Positions 16,121-25,148 of a stretch of DNA of 64,000 nt are shown piece by piece. A program made the position numbers and the translations under genes. Source of the stretch: Candidatus Omnitrophota bacterium (GTDB lineage Bacteria; Omnitrophota; Gorgyraeia; Gygaellales; Profunditerraquicolaceae); the NCBI GenBank assembly GCA_041650795.1, contig JBAZKK010000002.1, positions 10,731 through 74,730 on the forward strand. Reading direction: 5' to 3'. The notes below the pieces were generated by a model, which saw nothing but the letters and a program-made list of their open reading frames with translations, was not told the origin of the DNA and ran no database searches. Each line of letters starts with the position of its first letter. Within the stretch, counting starts at the first letter, position 1.

Positions 16121-16989
16121 TGCAAAGGTATATCGAGAAGTTTGTCCGCTATCTGGAGATTGAAAAGAACTATTCCAGCCATACCATTCTCAATTATAAG
16201 CTGGACCTCAATGATTTCGGCAACTTCTTGCAAGAGACGCCGCCGGAGAAGATAGATTACCTCCTGCTGCGTAAATACCTGGCTAACCTAAAAGACAAAA
16301 ACCTCAATGCCCGCAGCGTAGCGCGGCGGCTTTCAACGCTTCGTTCATTCTTCAGGTTTCTTACCCGTGAAGGTCTCCTCAAGGATAACCCCATTTTAAG
16401 CCTCTCCAGCCCCAAGATCGATAAACACCTCCCGGAATTCCTGACTGAGGAAGAGGTGGCTAAATTAATATCTTCCGTGATGCTAAGGGGTGAAAATGAT
16501 GAGAGAGGGTTGCGCGACCGTGCGATACTGGAGATGTTCTACAGCACCGGGATGCGGATTTCCGAACTGGTGGGCTTGTGCCTTGACGACATTGATTTTA
16601 TCGGAGGCGTGGTAAAGGTAAAAGGCAAGGGTAAGAAAGAACGCATGCTGCCGGTAGGCAACTGCGCCATCTCAGCCATCCGCGGTTACCTTGACAAGAG
16701 GAAAAAGCAGTCCGCGGCGCTCTTCCTGAACAAAAACGGCAGCGCCATCAGCGGGCGCGGCGTCAGGAACATCGTAAAAAAATACCTGAGGCTGGCGAGC
16801 ATCAAACAGGGGGTGTCGGCGCATACCCTGCGGCATTCCTTTGCTACTCACCTTTTAAACCGCGGCGCGGATTTAAGGAGCGTACAGGAATTGCTCGGGC
16901 ACGCCAACCTTTCCACTACCCAGATCTACACGCATCTTACTACCGAGAGACTGAAGAATATCTATGACAAGGCCCATCCCCGGGCGTAA
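16117..16989 (+). CDS. Tyrosine recombinase, XerC/XerD family
   Basis: The conserved Arg-His-Arg-Tyr catalytic context is visible, including HTLRHSFATHLL and LLGHANLSTTQIYTHL. ATGA overlap with topA. Confidence 0.8.
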   Translation: MMQRYIEKFVRYLEIEKNYSSHTILNYKLDLNDFGNFLQETPPEKIDYLLLRKYLANLKDKNLNARSVARRLSTLRSFFRFLTREGLLKDNPILSLSSPKIDKHLPEFLTEEEVAKLISSVMLRGENDERGLRDRAILEMFYSTGMRISELVGLCLDDIDFIGGVVKVKGKGKKERMLPVGNCAISAIRGYLDKRKKQSAALFLNKNGSAISGRGVRNIVKKYLRLASIKQGVSAHTLRHSFATHLLNRGADLRSVQELLGHANLSTTQIYTHLTTERLKNIYDKAHPRA

Positions 16990-17001
16990 AAGGAGCAGGC
17001 G

Positions 17002-18285
17002 ATGCGCCTCGTGTATAATTTAATAGCCCTGGCAGTAACCCTGGCGTATCTTCCGGCGTATCTGGCGCGCCGTAAGTTCCATCGCGGTTTTCTGAGGCGC
17101 CTAGGCATCCTGCCTCAAGACCTAATGATGAAGCGGCCTATCTGGATCCATGCCGTCAGCCTCGGGGAGGCCAAGGCGGTCAGGACGCTGGTGGAGATAC
17201 TGCGCAGCGTTTATCCCCAAAAGCAGTTTGTATTCTCGACGGTTACCACTACCGGCAATAAAATTGCCCGGGAGATGGCAAGGGAAGGGGATCTGGTAAC
17301 TTATCTGCCGCTGGATTTTAGTTTTAGCGTAAGAAATACCATTGCCAGGATCAATCCGTGTATTTTTATTATTGCGGAGACCGAGATCTGGCCAAACCTT
17401 ATTTCCTGTCTTTTCGGCAGAGGCATACCTGTCGTGATAGTCAACGGCAGAATATCGGACCGCTCCTTCAGGGGGTACCGCATCATAAAATTCCTCTTTG
17501 AGCCGATACTCAGGAAGGTCAGTCTTTTTTGCGTGCAGAGCGATAGCGATGCCGCCAGGTTTGTTGCCCTGGGAGTGGCCCCGCAGAATATCCGCGTAAG
17601 CGGCAATATGAAATTTGATATTGAGGATAACCCGCGCTTGGAAGATGACGCCGCCGGTTACCGCCGGAAACTGGGGCTTGGAGAAGGGGATAGGCTTTTG
17701 GTTTGCGGCTCTACCCATCCCGGTGAAGAGGAGCTTCTTCTGGATGTATACCGGCAGTTATCAGGAGATTACCGCCGTCTCCATCTTCTTCTTGCGCCGC
17801 GTCACCCTGAAAGGTCGGTGCAGGTAGGAGACCTTATACGCAAAGCGGGTTTCCAGCCTTCGGCGACTAGCCGTTTAGGGCAGGGAGGTTCAAAAGGAGA
17901 GAAGGTATTTATCGTTGACAGCATAGGCGAGTTAATGGGGTATTATGCGGCAGCAGACCTGGTTTTCATCGGCGGCAGTCTTATAAAAAAAGGGGGGCAC
18001 AACATACTGGAGCCGGCAGTGCTGGCAAAGCCGGTTATCTTCGGGCCTTATATGTTTAATTTCAGGGATATCGCCAGGATGTTTTTGGATAATCAGGCTG
18101 CGCTTTCAGTGCGCGGCAGCGGGGAATTAAAAACAAGACTTAAGGAATTATTGGATAATCCTGCGAAGGCCCTGCTTCTGGGAGTCCGCGGCAGGCAATT
18201 GATACTGGAGAACCGCGGGGCGACCGGAAGGATCCTGAAAGAAATTGAATCTTTTCTCCCTGCCTCCGGATCGCCTCTTCATTAG
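17002..18285 (+). CDS. waaA: 3-deoxy-D-manno-octulosonic acid (Kdo) transferase
   Basis: PIWIHAVSLGEAKA, IAETEIWPNL and GGSL...GGHNILEP are typical WaaA/KdtA motifs. Confidence 0.85.
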   Translation: MRLVYNLIALAVTLAYLPAYLARRKFHRGFLRRLGILPQDLMMKRPIWIHAVSLGEAKAVRTLVEILRSVYPQKQFVFSTVTTTGNKIAREMAREGDLVTYLPLDFSFSVRNTIARINPCIFIIAETEIWPNLISCLFGRGIPVVIVNGRISDRSFRGYRIIKFLFEPILRKVSLFCVQSDSDAARFVALGVAPQNIRVSGNMKFDIEDNPRLEDDAAGYRRKLGLGEGDRLLVCGSTHPGEEELLLDVYRQLSGDYRRLHLLLAPRHPERSVQVGDLIRKAGFQPSATSRLGQGGSKGEKVFIVDSIGELMGYYAAADLVFIGGSLIKKGGHNILEPAVLAKPVIFGPYMFNFRDIARMFLDNQAALSVRGSGELKTRLKELLDNPAKALLLGVRGRQLILENRGATGRILKEIESFLPASGSPLH

Positions 18286-18331
18286 GGCATAAACCGTTTT
18301 TTCTTCTAAACTAAACAGGTTTTTTGCTAAT

Positions 18332-19267
18332 ATGGTCAGGATTATAAGAATAAGCTTACCGGTATTAATATTTGCTTTTTTCTCCGGGGGATATTCTTTG
18401 GCTGAAAATAAAGCAGAGAATCCGAGTGCCTCTACGCTTACGGAATTTCGGCAGGCCCTTCGCAAGATTGTTGTGGTAAAGGAGGAGAGGTTTGCCGGCG
18501 AATTCGATTCTTATGTGCGCTACATGCCTTCCAGCGGCGCTGCCGGGCAATCCGGAAAAGTGGGCGTGGTGGATTCGTTTTCAGAGTATAGCTACGAGAC
18601 CAAGGCCTTTGGGAAGCTGCCGGTGGAGCTTGTATTGGGAACCGAATATATGGGGATAAAGAATAGTACCGCGGTAAAGCTCCCATCGCATCTGACCTCC
18701 GTATCTTTTGGCGCCGAAACCGTAGTTCCATTTTTCAATATCAGTAAGGTTTATTTTTCGGCAGGCCTGGCCTCTTTATTTACCGGAGACGGTTGGAGCT
18801 TCCATTCGTCTTCTTTCAGGATACCGCAGCGTTACTTCTTGATTTACCAGCCGAACGAACAATTAACATTAGTATGCGGGATAGGGGTGTGGCCGGATTA
18901 TAAGGAGACAGTTTGGCCGATTGCAGGATTTATCTATAAGCCTAACGAGAAGCTTGTCTTTAACCTTGTGCCTAAGGAGCCCGAGATCTCCTATGCCGTA
19001 GATGAAAGGTTAACTATTTTTGCGCAGGGGGATATGTCGCAGAGCGAATACGAGGTTAAGCAGGGCCAGCGCAAGAATGCGGTATTGGAGTATAACGAGA
19101 TACGCCTCGGAGCAGGCGCAAGGTATAAATTCAACCGTCACCTTAAATGTTCTGTTTCGGCCGGCAGCATATTTGACCGCTCTATTAAGTACCGTGATGA
19201 TAGCCTGGGCAAGGTGGCGGTCAAGAACGGCTTCTATACAGAATTCCGGATGGACCTTGGTTTCTGA
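18332..19267 (+). CDS. Hypothetical outer-membrane beta-barrel protein
   Basis: Signal peptide ending FFSGGYSLA, alternating amphipathic beta-strand-like segments, and a C-terminal ...FRMDLGF ending in an aromatic residue as in many OMPs. No family recognised. Confidence 0.5.
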   Translation: MVRIIRISLPVLIFAFFSGGYSLAENKAENPSASTLTEFRQALRKIVVVKEERFAGEFDSYVRYMPSSGAAGQSGKVGVVDSFSEYSYETKAFGKLPVELVLGTEYMGIKNSTAVKLPSHLTSVSFGAETVVPFFNISKVYFSAGLASLFTGDGWSFHSSSFRIPQRYFLIYQPNEQLTLVCGIGVWPDYKETVWPIAGFIYKPNEKLVFNLVPKEPEISYAVDERLTIFAQGDMSQSEYEVKQGQRKNAVLEYNEIRLGAGARYKFNRHLKCSVSAGSIFDRSIKYRDDSLGKVAVKNGFYTEFRMDLGF

Positions 19268-19326
19268 TGCCTCATTGTTACCTGTCATTCAACCCTGCCC
19301 ACCGCCTTTCCTTAATAATATAGGGT

Positions 19327-19355
19327 TTTATCTCTAATGCGTTGTGTGTTATAAT
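19327..19355 (+). promoter_or_regulatory. Putative extended -10 promoter for the DUF1805/yjbQ pair
   Basis: TGTTATAAT (TG at 19347-19348, TATAAT at 19350-19355) with a weak -35 TTTATC (19327-19332). It lies inside the ORF-track start at 19344, which argues for ATG 19371 as the real start. Confidence 0.45.
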
Positions 19356-19370
19356 ATTAACCTGGCTAAG

Positions 19371-19661
19371 ATGTTAAAATACAAGAAGATAAAGATTGGC
19401 AAAGGGTTTATAGAGACACTCGTAATGGATCTCGCCAAAAAGCGCCTTATAGTTTTAAGAGGCAGGTACGGGTATGTCATGTGCGGTTACCTTAACCTTA
19501 AGGCCGCCCGGAATTTTAATGATGCGGCGGCAAAAATCACGGGCGTCTCTAATATTAAAGGGGCCTTAAAGGCAAAGGTATTCGCCAGCACCCCCCGGGC
19601 GCGGAGGCTTGGGGTATATCCCGGTCAGCCGATAAGGGAAGCGTTAAAGCTCATGGCCTGA
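19371..19661 (+). CDS. DUF1805 (YunC-like) domain protein
   Basis: LIVLRGRYGYVMCGYLNL.AA....AAAKITGV......L.AKV resembles the YunC/DUF1805 signature. Size is about 96 aa. Confidence 0.65.
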   Translation: MLKYKKIKIGKGFIETLVMDLAKKRLIVLRGRYGYVMCGYLNLKAARNFNDAAAKITGVSNIKGALKAKVFASTPRARRLGVYPGQPIREALKLMA

Positions 19662-20080
19662 TGAAGATTATTAACGAAAAGATCTCCCTTAACACCAAGG
19701 GAAACCCCGACCTTCTCGATATTACCGCAGATATCAAGAGGATCCTTGACTCGACCAACCTTAAGCGGGGCAGCGTTACGGTTTTTGCGGTCGGCTCCAC
19801 CGCAGCCATTACCACCTTTGAATACGAGCCCGGACTCCTTCAGGATATGCAGGATATCTACGAGAAGCTCGTTCCTCGCCGCAAGGGTTATTATCACGAT
19901 GATACCTGGGGGGATGCCAATGGTTTCAGCCATCTGCGCGCTGCCTTGCAGGGGCCATCTTTGACCATTCCCTTTGACGAAGGGAAACTTCTGCTGGGGA
20001 CCTGGCAACAGGTAGTGCTGGCCGAATTTGACAATCGGCCGCGTAAACGCCAGGTGTTAATTCAGATTATAGGTGAATAA
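19661..20080 (+). CDS. yjbQ: YjbQ/UPF0047 family protein (secondary thiamine-phosphate synthase)
   Basis: ITADIKRIL, VFAVGSTAAITTFEYEPGL, SHLRAALQGPSLTIPF..GKLLLGTWQQVVLAEFD. The start overlaps the upstream stop codon. Confidence 0.8.
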   Translation: MKIINEKISLNTKGNPDLLDITADIKRILDSTNLKRGSVTVFAVGSTAAITTFEYEPGLLQDMQDIYEKLVPRRKGYYHDDTWGDANGFSHLRAALQGPSLTIPFDEGKLLLGTWQQVVLAEFDNRPRKRQVLIQIIGE

Positions 20081-20081
20081 A

Positions 20082-21155
20082 ATGCGCAATTACCTCTATC
20101 GTCTTGCTACGGATTCATCAGGCGGAATCATTGCCGGGTTTATGAAGGCGTTGCTTTGGGTATTATCATGGTTTTATGGGCTGGTGGTGCGGGTTCTGAT
20201 TTTCATGCGCTCGCGCAGACCTAAAAAAGCGGGATGTCTGGTTGTCAGCGTCGGAAATATTACGGTAGGGGGCACAGGCAAGACAAGCCTGGTGGAGTTC
20301 ATATGCCGTTACCTTAAGGACAACGGCCGCAAACCAGCAGTGCTCACCCGCGGTTACAAGAAGCCCCGTCTGGCAGGCCGCAGGCCGCAGTGCGCTTATG
20401 AAACTATGGGGGACGAGCCGTATATGCTGCAGAGGAACCTCAAGGATGTCTTGGTGATAGTTGACGCCGATCGCTTGCGCGGGGCCAGGCAGGCGCACGA
20501 TTACTACGGGGTTGATACGGTAGTGCTGGATGACGGCTTCCAACAATGGGGAATCAAGAAGGATCTGGATATAGTCGCTATCGACGCAACAGACCCTTTC
20601 GGTAATCGTAATATGCTTCCCCGTGGAATCCTGCGCGAACCGCTTTCTTCCCTCAGGCGCGCGGATATACTAGTATTGACCAAGACGAACCTTAACCCCG
20701 ATAACCAGGATATCAAGGATTTTTTAAGCGGCATAAATCCCCGCGCCTTCATCGCAGAGAGTATTCATCAGCCGCTAGGGTGTTATCTCCTGGGTAGAGA
20801 GAACGATATGCTGGGGGCGGATTTTCTTAAGGGCAAGACGCTGGCTTTATTTTCAGGTATTGCCGACCCCGATTCATTCGAAAACCTGGTTTTAAGCCTG
20901 GGCGCCCAGGTGGGGCTCGCCTTTACTTTTGACGACCATCACCGTTATACCAAGAGCGACATCGATGGCATAATGGCTGCAAGCCGCCAGAAAGGCATCT
21001 CTACCATCGTTACCACCGAGAAGGATGCCGTGAGGCTGCGGCAGGTTTGCGCCGGTCCAGGCAATACGCAGATACTGGTGTTACGTATCGGATTGAAGAT
21101 TACGCATAATGAAAAAGGACTACTGGATAGATTACTTGGGATATACCGCCCTTAA
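20082..21155 (+). CDS. lpxK: Tetraacyldisaccharide 4'-kinase
   Basis: VSVGNITVGGTGKTSLV P-loop, VLTRGYK and DDGFQ. ATG 20082 is preferred; the in-frame GTG 20073 would overlap yjbQ. Confidence 0.85.
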   Translation: MRNYLYRLATDSSGGIIAGFMKALLWVLSWFYGLVVRVLIFMRSRRPKKAGCLVVSVGNITVGGTGKTSLVEFICRYLKDNGRKPAVLTRGYKKPRLAGRRPQCAYETMGDEPYMLQRNLKDVLVIVDADRLRGARQAHDYYGVDTVVLDDGFQQWGIKKDLDIVAIDATDPFGNRNMLPRGILREPLSSLRRADILVLTKTNLNPDNQDIKDFLSGINPRAFIAESIHQPLGCYLLGRENDMLGADFLKGKTLALFSGIADPDSFENLVLSLGAQVGLAFTFDDHHRYTKSDIDGIMAASRQKGISTIVTTEKDAVRLRQVCAGPGNTQILVLRIGLKITHNEKGLLDRLLGIYRP

Positions 21156-23055
21156 GCTGCTGGGGCCGTTGATCCGCGCTCTCCCCGTGTTTTTTAGTTT
21201 TTTTATCGGCCGGCGGCTCGGAGATTTGTTTTACTGCCTGGACAGCCGCCACCGCGCCCTAGTCTATTCAAATATCAAAAGGGCTTTGGGGGATAGCCTA
21301 CCTTGCTGCCGCATAAAAAAGATTACCCGCGAGTTCTATCAGGCCTACGGACAGAATTTCATTGAGATATTCCTGATACCGCGCATCGACCATGCCTACA
21401 TCGATAAGTACGTCAGTTTCGAAGGGCTCTCTTTTATCAAGGATGCCGTTGCGCGCGGCAAGGGGCAGATATTTCTCGGCGTTCACGCCGGCAGCTGGGA
21501 ATTATCCTCGTTGTTCTGCATGAGGTTCGGGATTGCCTACAACATCTTTGTGCGTAACCAGAGATATCCGCGCCTTGGGCAGCTGCTGGATTCTTACCGC
21601 ACCCAAAAAGGGGCGCGCATGATTAAGAAGGAAAACGAGCTGCGCCAGCTCATCCGCGTATTTGGGGATAACGAGGCGGTAGGGATGAGCCTGGACCAGG
21701 GGGGCAGGGAAGGGATGCTTTTGGATTTTTTCGGCAGGGACGCTTCTTTTGCCACCGGAGCCGTAAGGCTGGCGCTTAAATATAATCTAGCTATTGTCCC
21801 TACGTTTAATACTAGGGTTAAGGGGCCCTACCTAAAGTTTATGCTGGGTCCGATATTTGAGGTCCAAAGGAGTGGAGATATTGAGAATGATGTCCGGCAT
21901 AACCTTAAGCGCTTAGTTGCCTTCTACGAGGACTACATACGCAAATACCCCAAGGATTATCTTTGGTCCTATAAGGTATGGAAATATAGCTTAAAGAGAG
22001 AAATCATTATTTTGAGCGACGGCAAAACAGGCCACCTCAGGCAATCCCAGGCGCTGGCGCGGATTGCCGGGAATTTCCTGGCATCCCGCGGGTTTACGGC
22101 AAGCATCGTTATCAGAGAGGTAAAATTCAGAAGCCCCCGGCACATCCTTTTTTTAAAGCTTAAAACCATGTTTTCGGGCAGGTACAGCTGCCAGGGGAGC
22201 TTATGCCGCTTAAAGAATGCGCTTACCTCCGATGCCTACCAGGGGTTAATGATGCAGTCTCCGGATATTGTTGTATCCTGCGGTTCGTCGCTGGCTGCGC
22301 TTAACTGGCATATTGCGCGGGAAAACCTTGCCAGGTCCATCGTGATTATGAGGCCGTCGTTGGTGAGTCCCAGGAAATTTGATTTGACGGTTGTACCGCA
22401 GCACGACCTTCCAAGGCCCGCTAAAAATCTGGTAATAACCCGGGGCGCCCTGAATATGGTTGACGCTGATTATTTACGGATGCAAGGCGGCATGCTAAGG
22501 CAGTATCTTAGGGATAAGGCGGTTTCTGAGCCATGTATCGGCGTCTTCTTCGGCGGCGACAGCAAGGGTTTTTCTCTTGACGCAACGCTGGTATCCGAGG
22601 TTATCCGTCAGCTCAAGGATGCGGTAGCGGGCTTGGGCGCCGACATACTCGTGACTACCTCCAGGCGCACCTCGCCCGAGATCGAAGGGTTAGTCAAAAA
22701 CGAATTTAAGGATTATCCTCCCTGTAAATTCCTGGTGATTGCAGGCGAGGAAAACCACGATTTGGCTGTCGGCGGCATATTGTCTTTGAGTTCGCTTTTG
22801 GTAGTTTCTCCGGAGAGCATCTCCATGATATCGGAGGCGGTCAACAGCGGCAAATACGTCGTGGTCTTTGATGCCCGCGGTTTAAGCTTAAGGCACCGCA
22901 GGTTTCTTGATTCCGCATCAGCCCGTAGGCATATTTACCTTTCCGGCGCATCTTCCCTGGCCAGCTTTATCGGCAGCCTCTGGAAGGATAAGCCGGGGGT
23001 TTGTGTCTGGAATGATAAAGATCTCGTAAGAGAAGCCCTGGAGAGGGTTTTATAA
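21109..23055 (+). CDS. Fusion of an LpxL/HtrB-type lipid A (Kdo2-lipid IVA) acyltransferase with an ELM1/DUF1022-like domain
   Basis: The N-terminal ~300 aa carry the HAGSWE (HX4E) acyltransferase motif. From about nt 22000, IIILSDGKTGHLRQSQALARI, IGVFFGGDSKGF and LVTTSRRTSPE are ELM1/DUF1022 signatures. Confidence 0.75.
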   Translation: MKKDYWIDYLGYTALKLLGPLIRALPVFFSFFIGRRLGDLFYCLDSRHRALVYSNIKRALGDSLPCCRIKKITREFYQAYGQNFIEIFLIPRIDHAYIDKYVSFEGLSFIKDAVARGKGQIFLGVHAGSWELSSLFCMRFGIAYNIFVRNQRYPRLGQLLDSYRTQKGARMIKKENELRQLIRVFGDNEAVGMSLDQGGREGMLLDFFGRDASFATGAVRLALKYNLAIVPTFNTRVKGPYLKFMLGPIFEVQRSGDIENDVRHNLKRLVAFYEDYIRKYPKDYLWSYKVWKYSLKREIIILSDGKTGHLRQSQALARIAGNFLASRGFTASIVIREVKFRSPRHILFLKLKTMFSGRYSCQGSLCRLKNALTSDAYQGLMMQSPDIVVSCGSSLAALNWHIARENLARSIVIMRPSLVSPRKFDLTVVPQHDLPRPAKNLVITRGALNMVDADYLRMQGGMLRQYLRDKAVSEPCIGVFFGGDSKGFSLDATLVSEVIRQLKDAVAGLGADILVTTSRRTSPEIEGLVKNEFKDYPPCKFLVIAGEENHDLAVGGILSLSSLLVVSPESISMISEAVNSGKYVVVFDARGLSLRHRRFLDSASARRHIYLSGASSLASFIGSLWKDKPGVCVWNDKDLVREALERVL

Positions 23056-23057
23056 TC

Positions 23058-25148
23058 ATGAATATACTGCAGGTATTGCCGGAACTTAATGTCGGCGGCG
23101 TGGAGAGCGGGACCCTGGATCTAGCCAGGCACTTGGTGAAGACCGGGCATAAGGCAGTGGTGGTTTCCCACGGCGGCGGATTAGTGAAAAACATAGAAGC
23201 AGCCGGAGCCATCCATTATACCCTGCCGGTACACAAGAAATCTCTTTTTTCAATGATGAAGATGGTTTTGAGGCTTGCCGAGATTATCAGGAAGGAAAAG
23301 ATTGATATCGTGCACGCCCGTTCGCGCGTGCCGGCCTGGATTGCATATTTTGCCTGCCGCCGCACCAGGACCGTCTTCATTACTACCTGCCACGGTTATT
23401 ATAAAAGGCATCCTTTTAGCTATGTGATGGGTTGGGGCAAGAGGGTGATTGTTTTAAGCAATGTCATAGGCAGGCACATGATTGACGATTTCGCAGTGCC
23501 CCACGAAAGAATCAGGTTCATACCGCGCAGCGTAGATCTCCAGAGATTTAAGTATATAAGCCCCGATACTAAAAGGAAGCAGGATTTTAACGTCGGCATT
23601 ATCGGCAGGATTACTCCTCTCAAGGGCCACCTTCATTTTATCAAGGCGATGAGTAAGGTTGCCCGCCAGATTCCCCGCCTGCGCATCTGGATTGTCGGCG
23701 ATGCCCCGGCATCCAAGGAGACCTACCGTGAGGAGGTGCAGGTCCTGGTGCGGCGGCTCGGGCTCTGGCACTGCACTGAATTTCTCGGCATCCAGAGGGA
23801 TATCCCGGCAATTATGGCGCAACTGGATACGCTGGTCTTGGCTACCACTACGCACGAGGCCTTCGGTAGGGTGATCGTGGAAGCGCAGGCAGCAGGGGTG
23901 CCGGTAGTAGCGACAAAGGTCGGGGGGGTAGTGGATATCATCGAAGATAACAAGACCGGTTTACTGGTGGCACCGGCTGAAGATGATGATATGGCGGAGG
24001 CGGTCCTAAAGATTTACCGTGACCCGGAATTAGCTGCGGGACTGGCCGAGCGCGCCTACCGCAAGATTGAAGAGAAATACCGGGTAGAATTGATGGTAAA
24101 AAACACCATGGATGTTTACATGGAAGCCCTCGATAGTTTTAAGGCGCTGGTTATGAAGTTCAGTTCGGTGGGAGACGTAATCCTTTCGGTTCCGGCAATC
24201 CGCGCCATCAAAGAAAAGTTCGGCAGGCATTATAAACTCAGCTGTTTGGTAGGGGAGCCTTCGAAGGACGTATTGATGCGATGCCCTTACATTGACGAAT
24301 TACTGGTGTGCGATTTCAAGAACCGCGACGCGGGGGCAAGGGGTCTGGCGGGATTGGGGCGCATGTTGAGAAAGAGGAGTTTCGATATGGTAGTAGACCT
24401 GCAGAATAACCGCAAGAGCCATATCCTGGCGGCGTTGAGTATGAGCCCGGACCGCTATGGTTGGGATAACAGGAAGTTGGGTTTTCTTCTAAACCACCGC
24501 CTTAAGGATAAGAGGACCTTGACGGAACCGATAAGGCATCAGTTTATGGTTTTGAATATGTTAGGCATTGAATTAGAAGATGCGCATCTAGAATTGTGGC
24601 CGTCTGAAGAGGACCGGCGTTACGTAGATGAGTTTTTGGACTCGCAGTGGCTAAGCGCAAAACAGGCGCTGGTAGGGGTGAATATTAGTGCCAGCAGCCG
24701 CTGGCTTACCAAGGACTGGCCGCTGGAGCATATTGCCGGGTTATGCGAGGAATTAAAAAAACAGGATACACGCGTAGTAGTAACGGGGACGTCCGAGGAT
24801 ATCCCCCAGGCGATGGTGCTTTTGGGGATGACGCGGGATGCCAGGCCCATCAATGCCTGCGGTAAGACTACCATAAACCAGCTCGCCTGCCTCATAAAGA
24901 GATGCAGCGTTTACATATCTTCTGATTCCGCTCCGCTGCATGTGGCAGCCGCAGCCGGCACCCCCTTCATTGCGCTCTTCGGCCCGACTGACCCCAGGAG
25001 GCACCTCCCGCCGGCTGAGAATTTTGTCGTGATACGAAAAGAATTGAGTTGCGGCCCCTGCTATAAATCGAAATGCCGCAGGCCCAGATGCATGCAGTTG
25101 ATACGGCCCGAAGAGGTACTGGAGGCCGCCGGGGAATTTTTAAAATGA
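23058..25148 (+). CDS. Fusion of a GT4 glycosyltransferase (N-terminal) with a GT9 heptosyltransferase-like domain (C-terminal)
   Basis: GT4: MNILQVLPELNVGGVESGT and E..FGRVIVEAQAAGVPVVATKVGG. GT9 from about nt 24140: MKFSSVGDVILSVPAIRAIKEKF, SSDSAPLHVAAAAGTP and terminal CGPCYKSKCRRPRC. Confidence 0.8.
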   Translation: MNILQVLPELNVGGVESGTLDLARHLVKTGHKAVVVSHGGGLVKNIEAAGAIHYTLPVHKKSLFSMMKMVLRLAEIIRKEKIDIVHARSRVPAWIAYFACRRTRTVFITTCHGYYKRHPFSYVMGWGKRVIVLSNVIGRHMIDDFAVPHERIRFIPRSVDLQRFKYISPDTKRKQDFNVGIIGRITPLKGHLHFIKAMSKVARQIPRLRIWIVGDAPASKETYREEVQVLVRRLGLWHCTEFLGIQRDIPAIMAQLDTLVLATTTHEAFGRVIVEAQAAGVPVVATKVGGVVDIIEDNKTGLLVAPAEDDDMAEAVLKIYRDPELAAGLAERAYRKIEEKYRVELMVKNTMDVYMEALDSFKALVMKFSSVGDVILSVPAIRAIKEKFGRHYKLSCLVGEPSKDVLMRCPYIDELLVCDFKNRDAGARGLAGLGRMLRKRSFDMVVDLQNNRKSHILAALSMSPDRYGWDNRKLGFLLNHRLKDKRTLTEPIRHQFMVLNMLGIELEDAHLELWPSEEDRRYVDEFLDSQWLSAKQALVGVNISASSRWLTKDWPLEHIAGLCEELKKQDTRVVVTGTSEDIPQAMVLLGMTRDARPINACGKTTINQLACLIKRCSVYISSDSAPLHVAAAAGTPFIALFGPTDPRRHLPPAENFVVIRKELSCGPCYKSKCRRPRCMQLIRPEEVLEAAGEFLK

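Noticed and set aside
16117-16989. Tyrosine recombinase as the integrase of an integrated mobile element
   Set aside because: It has the XerC/XerD-type sequence and size and is translationally coupled to topA in a dprA-topA-xer housekeeping arrangement. There are no flanking att-like direct repeats, no adjacent tRNA gene and no phage or plasmid genes.
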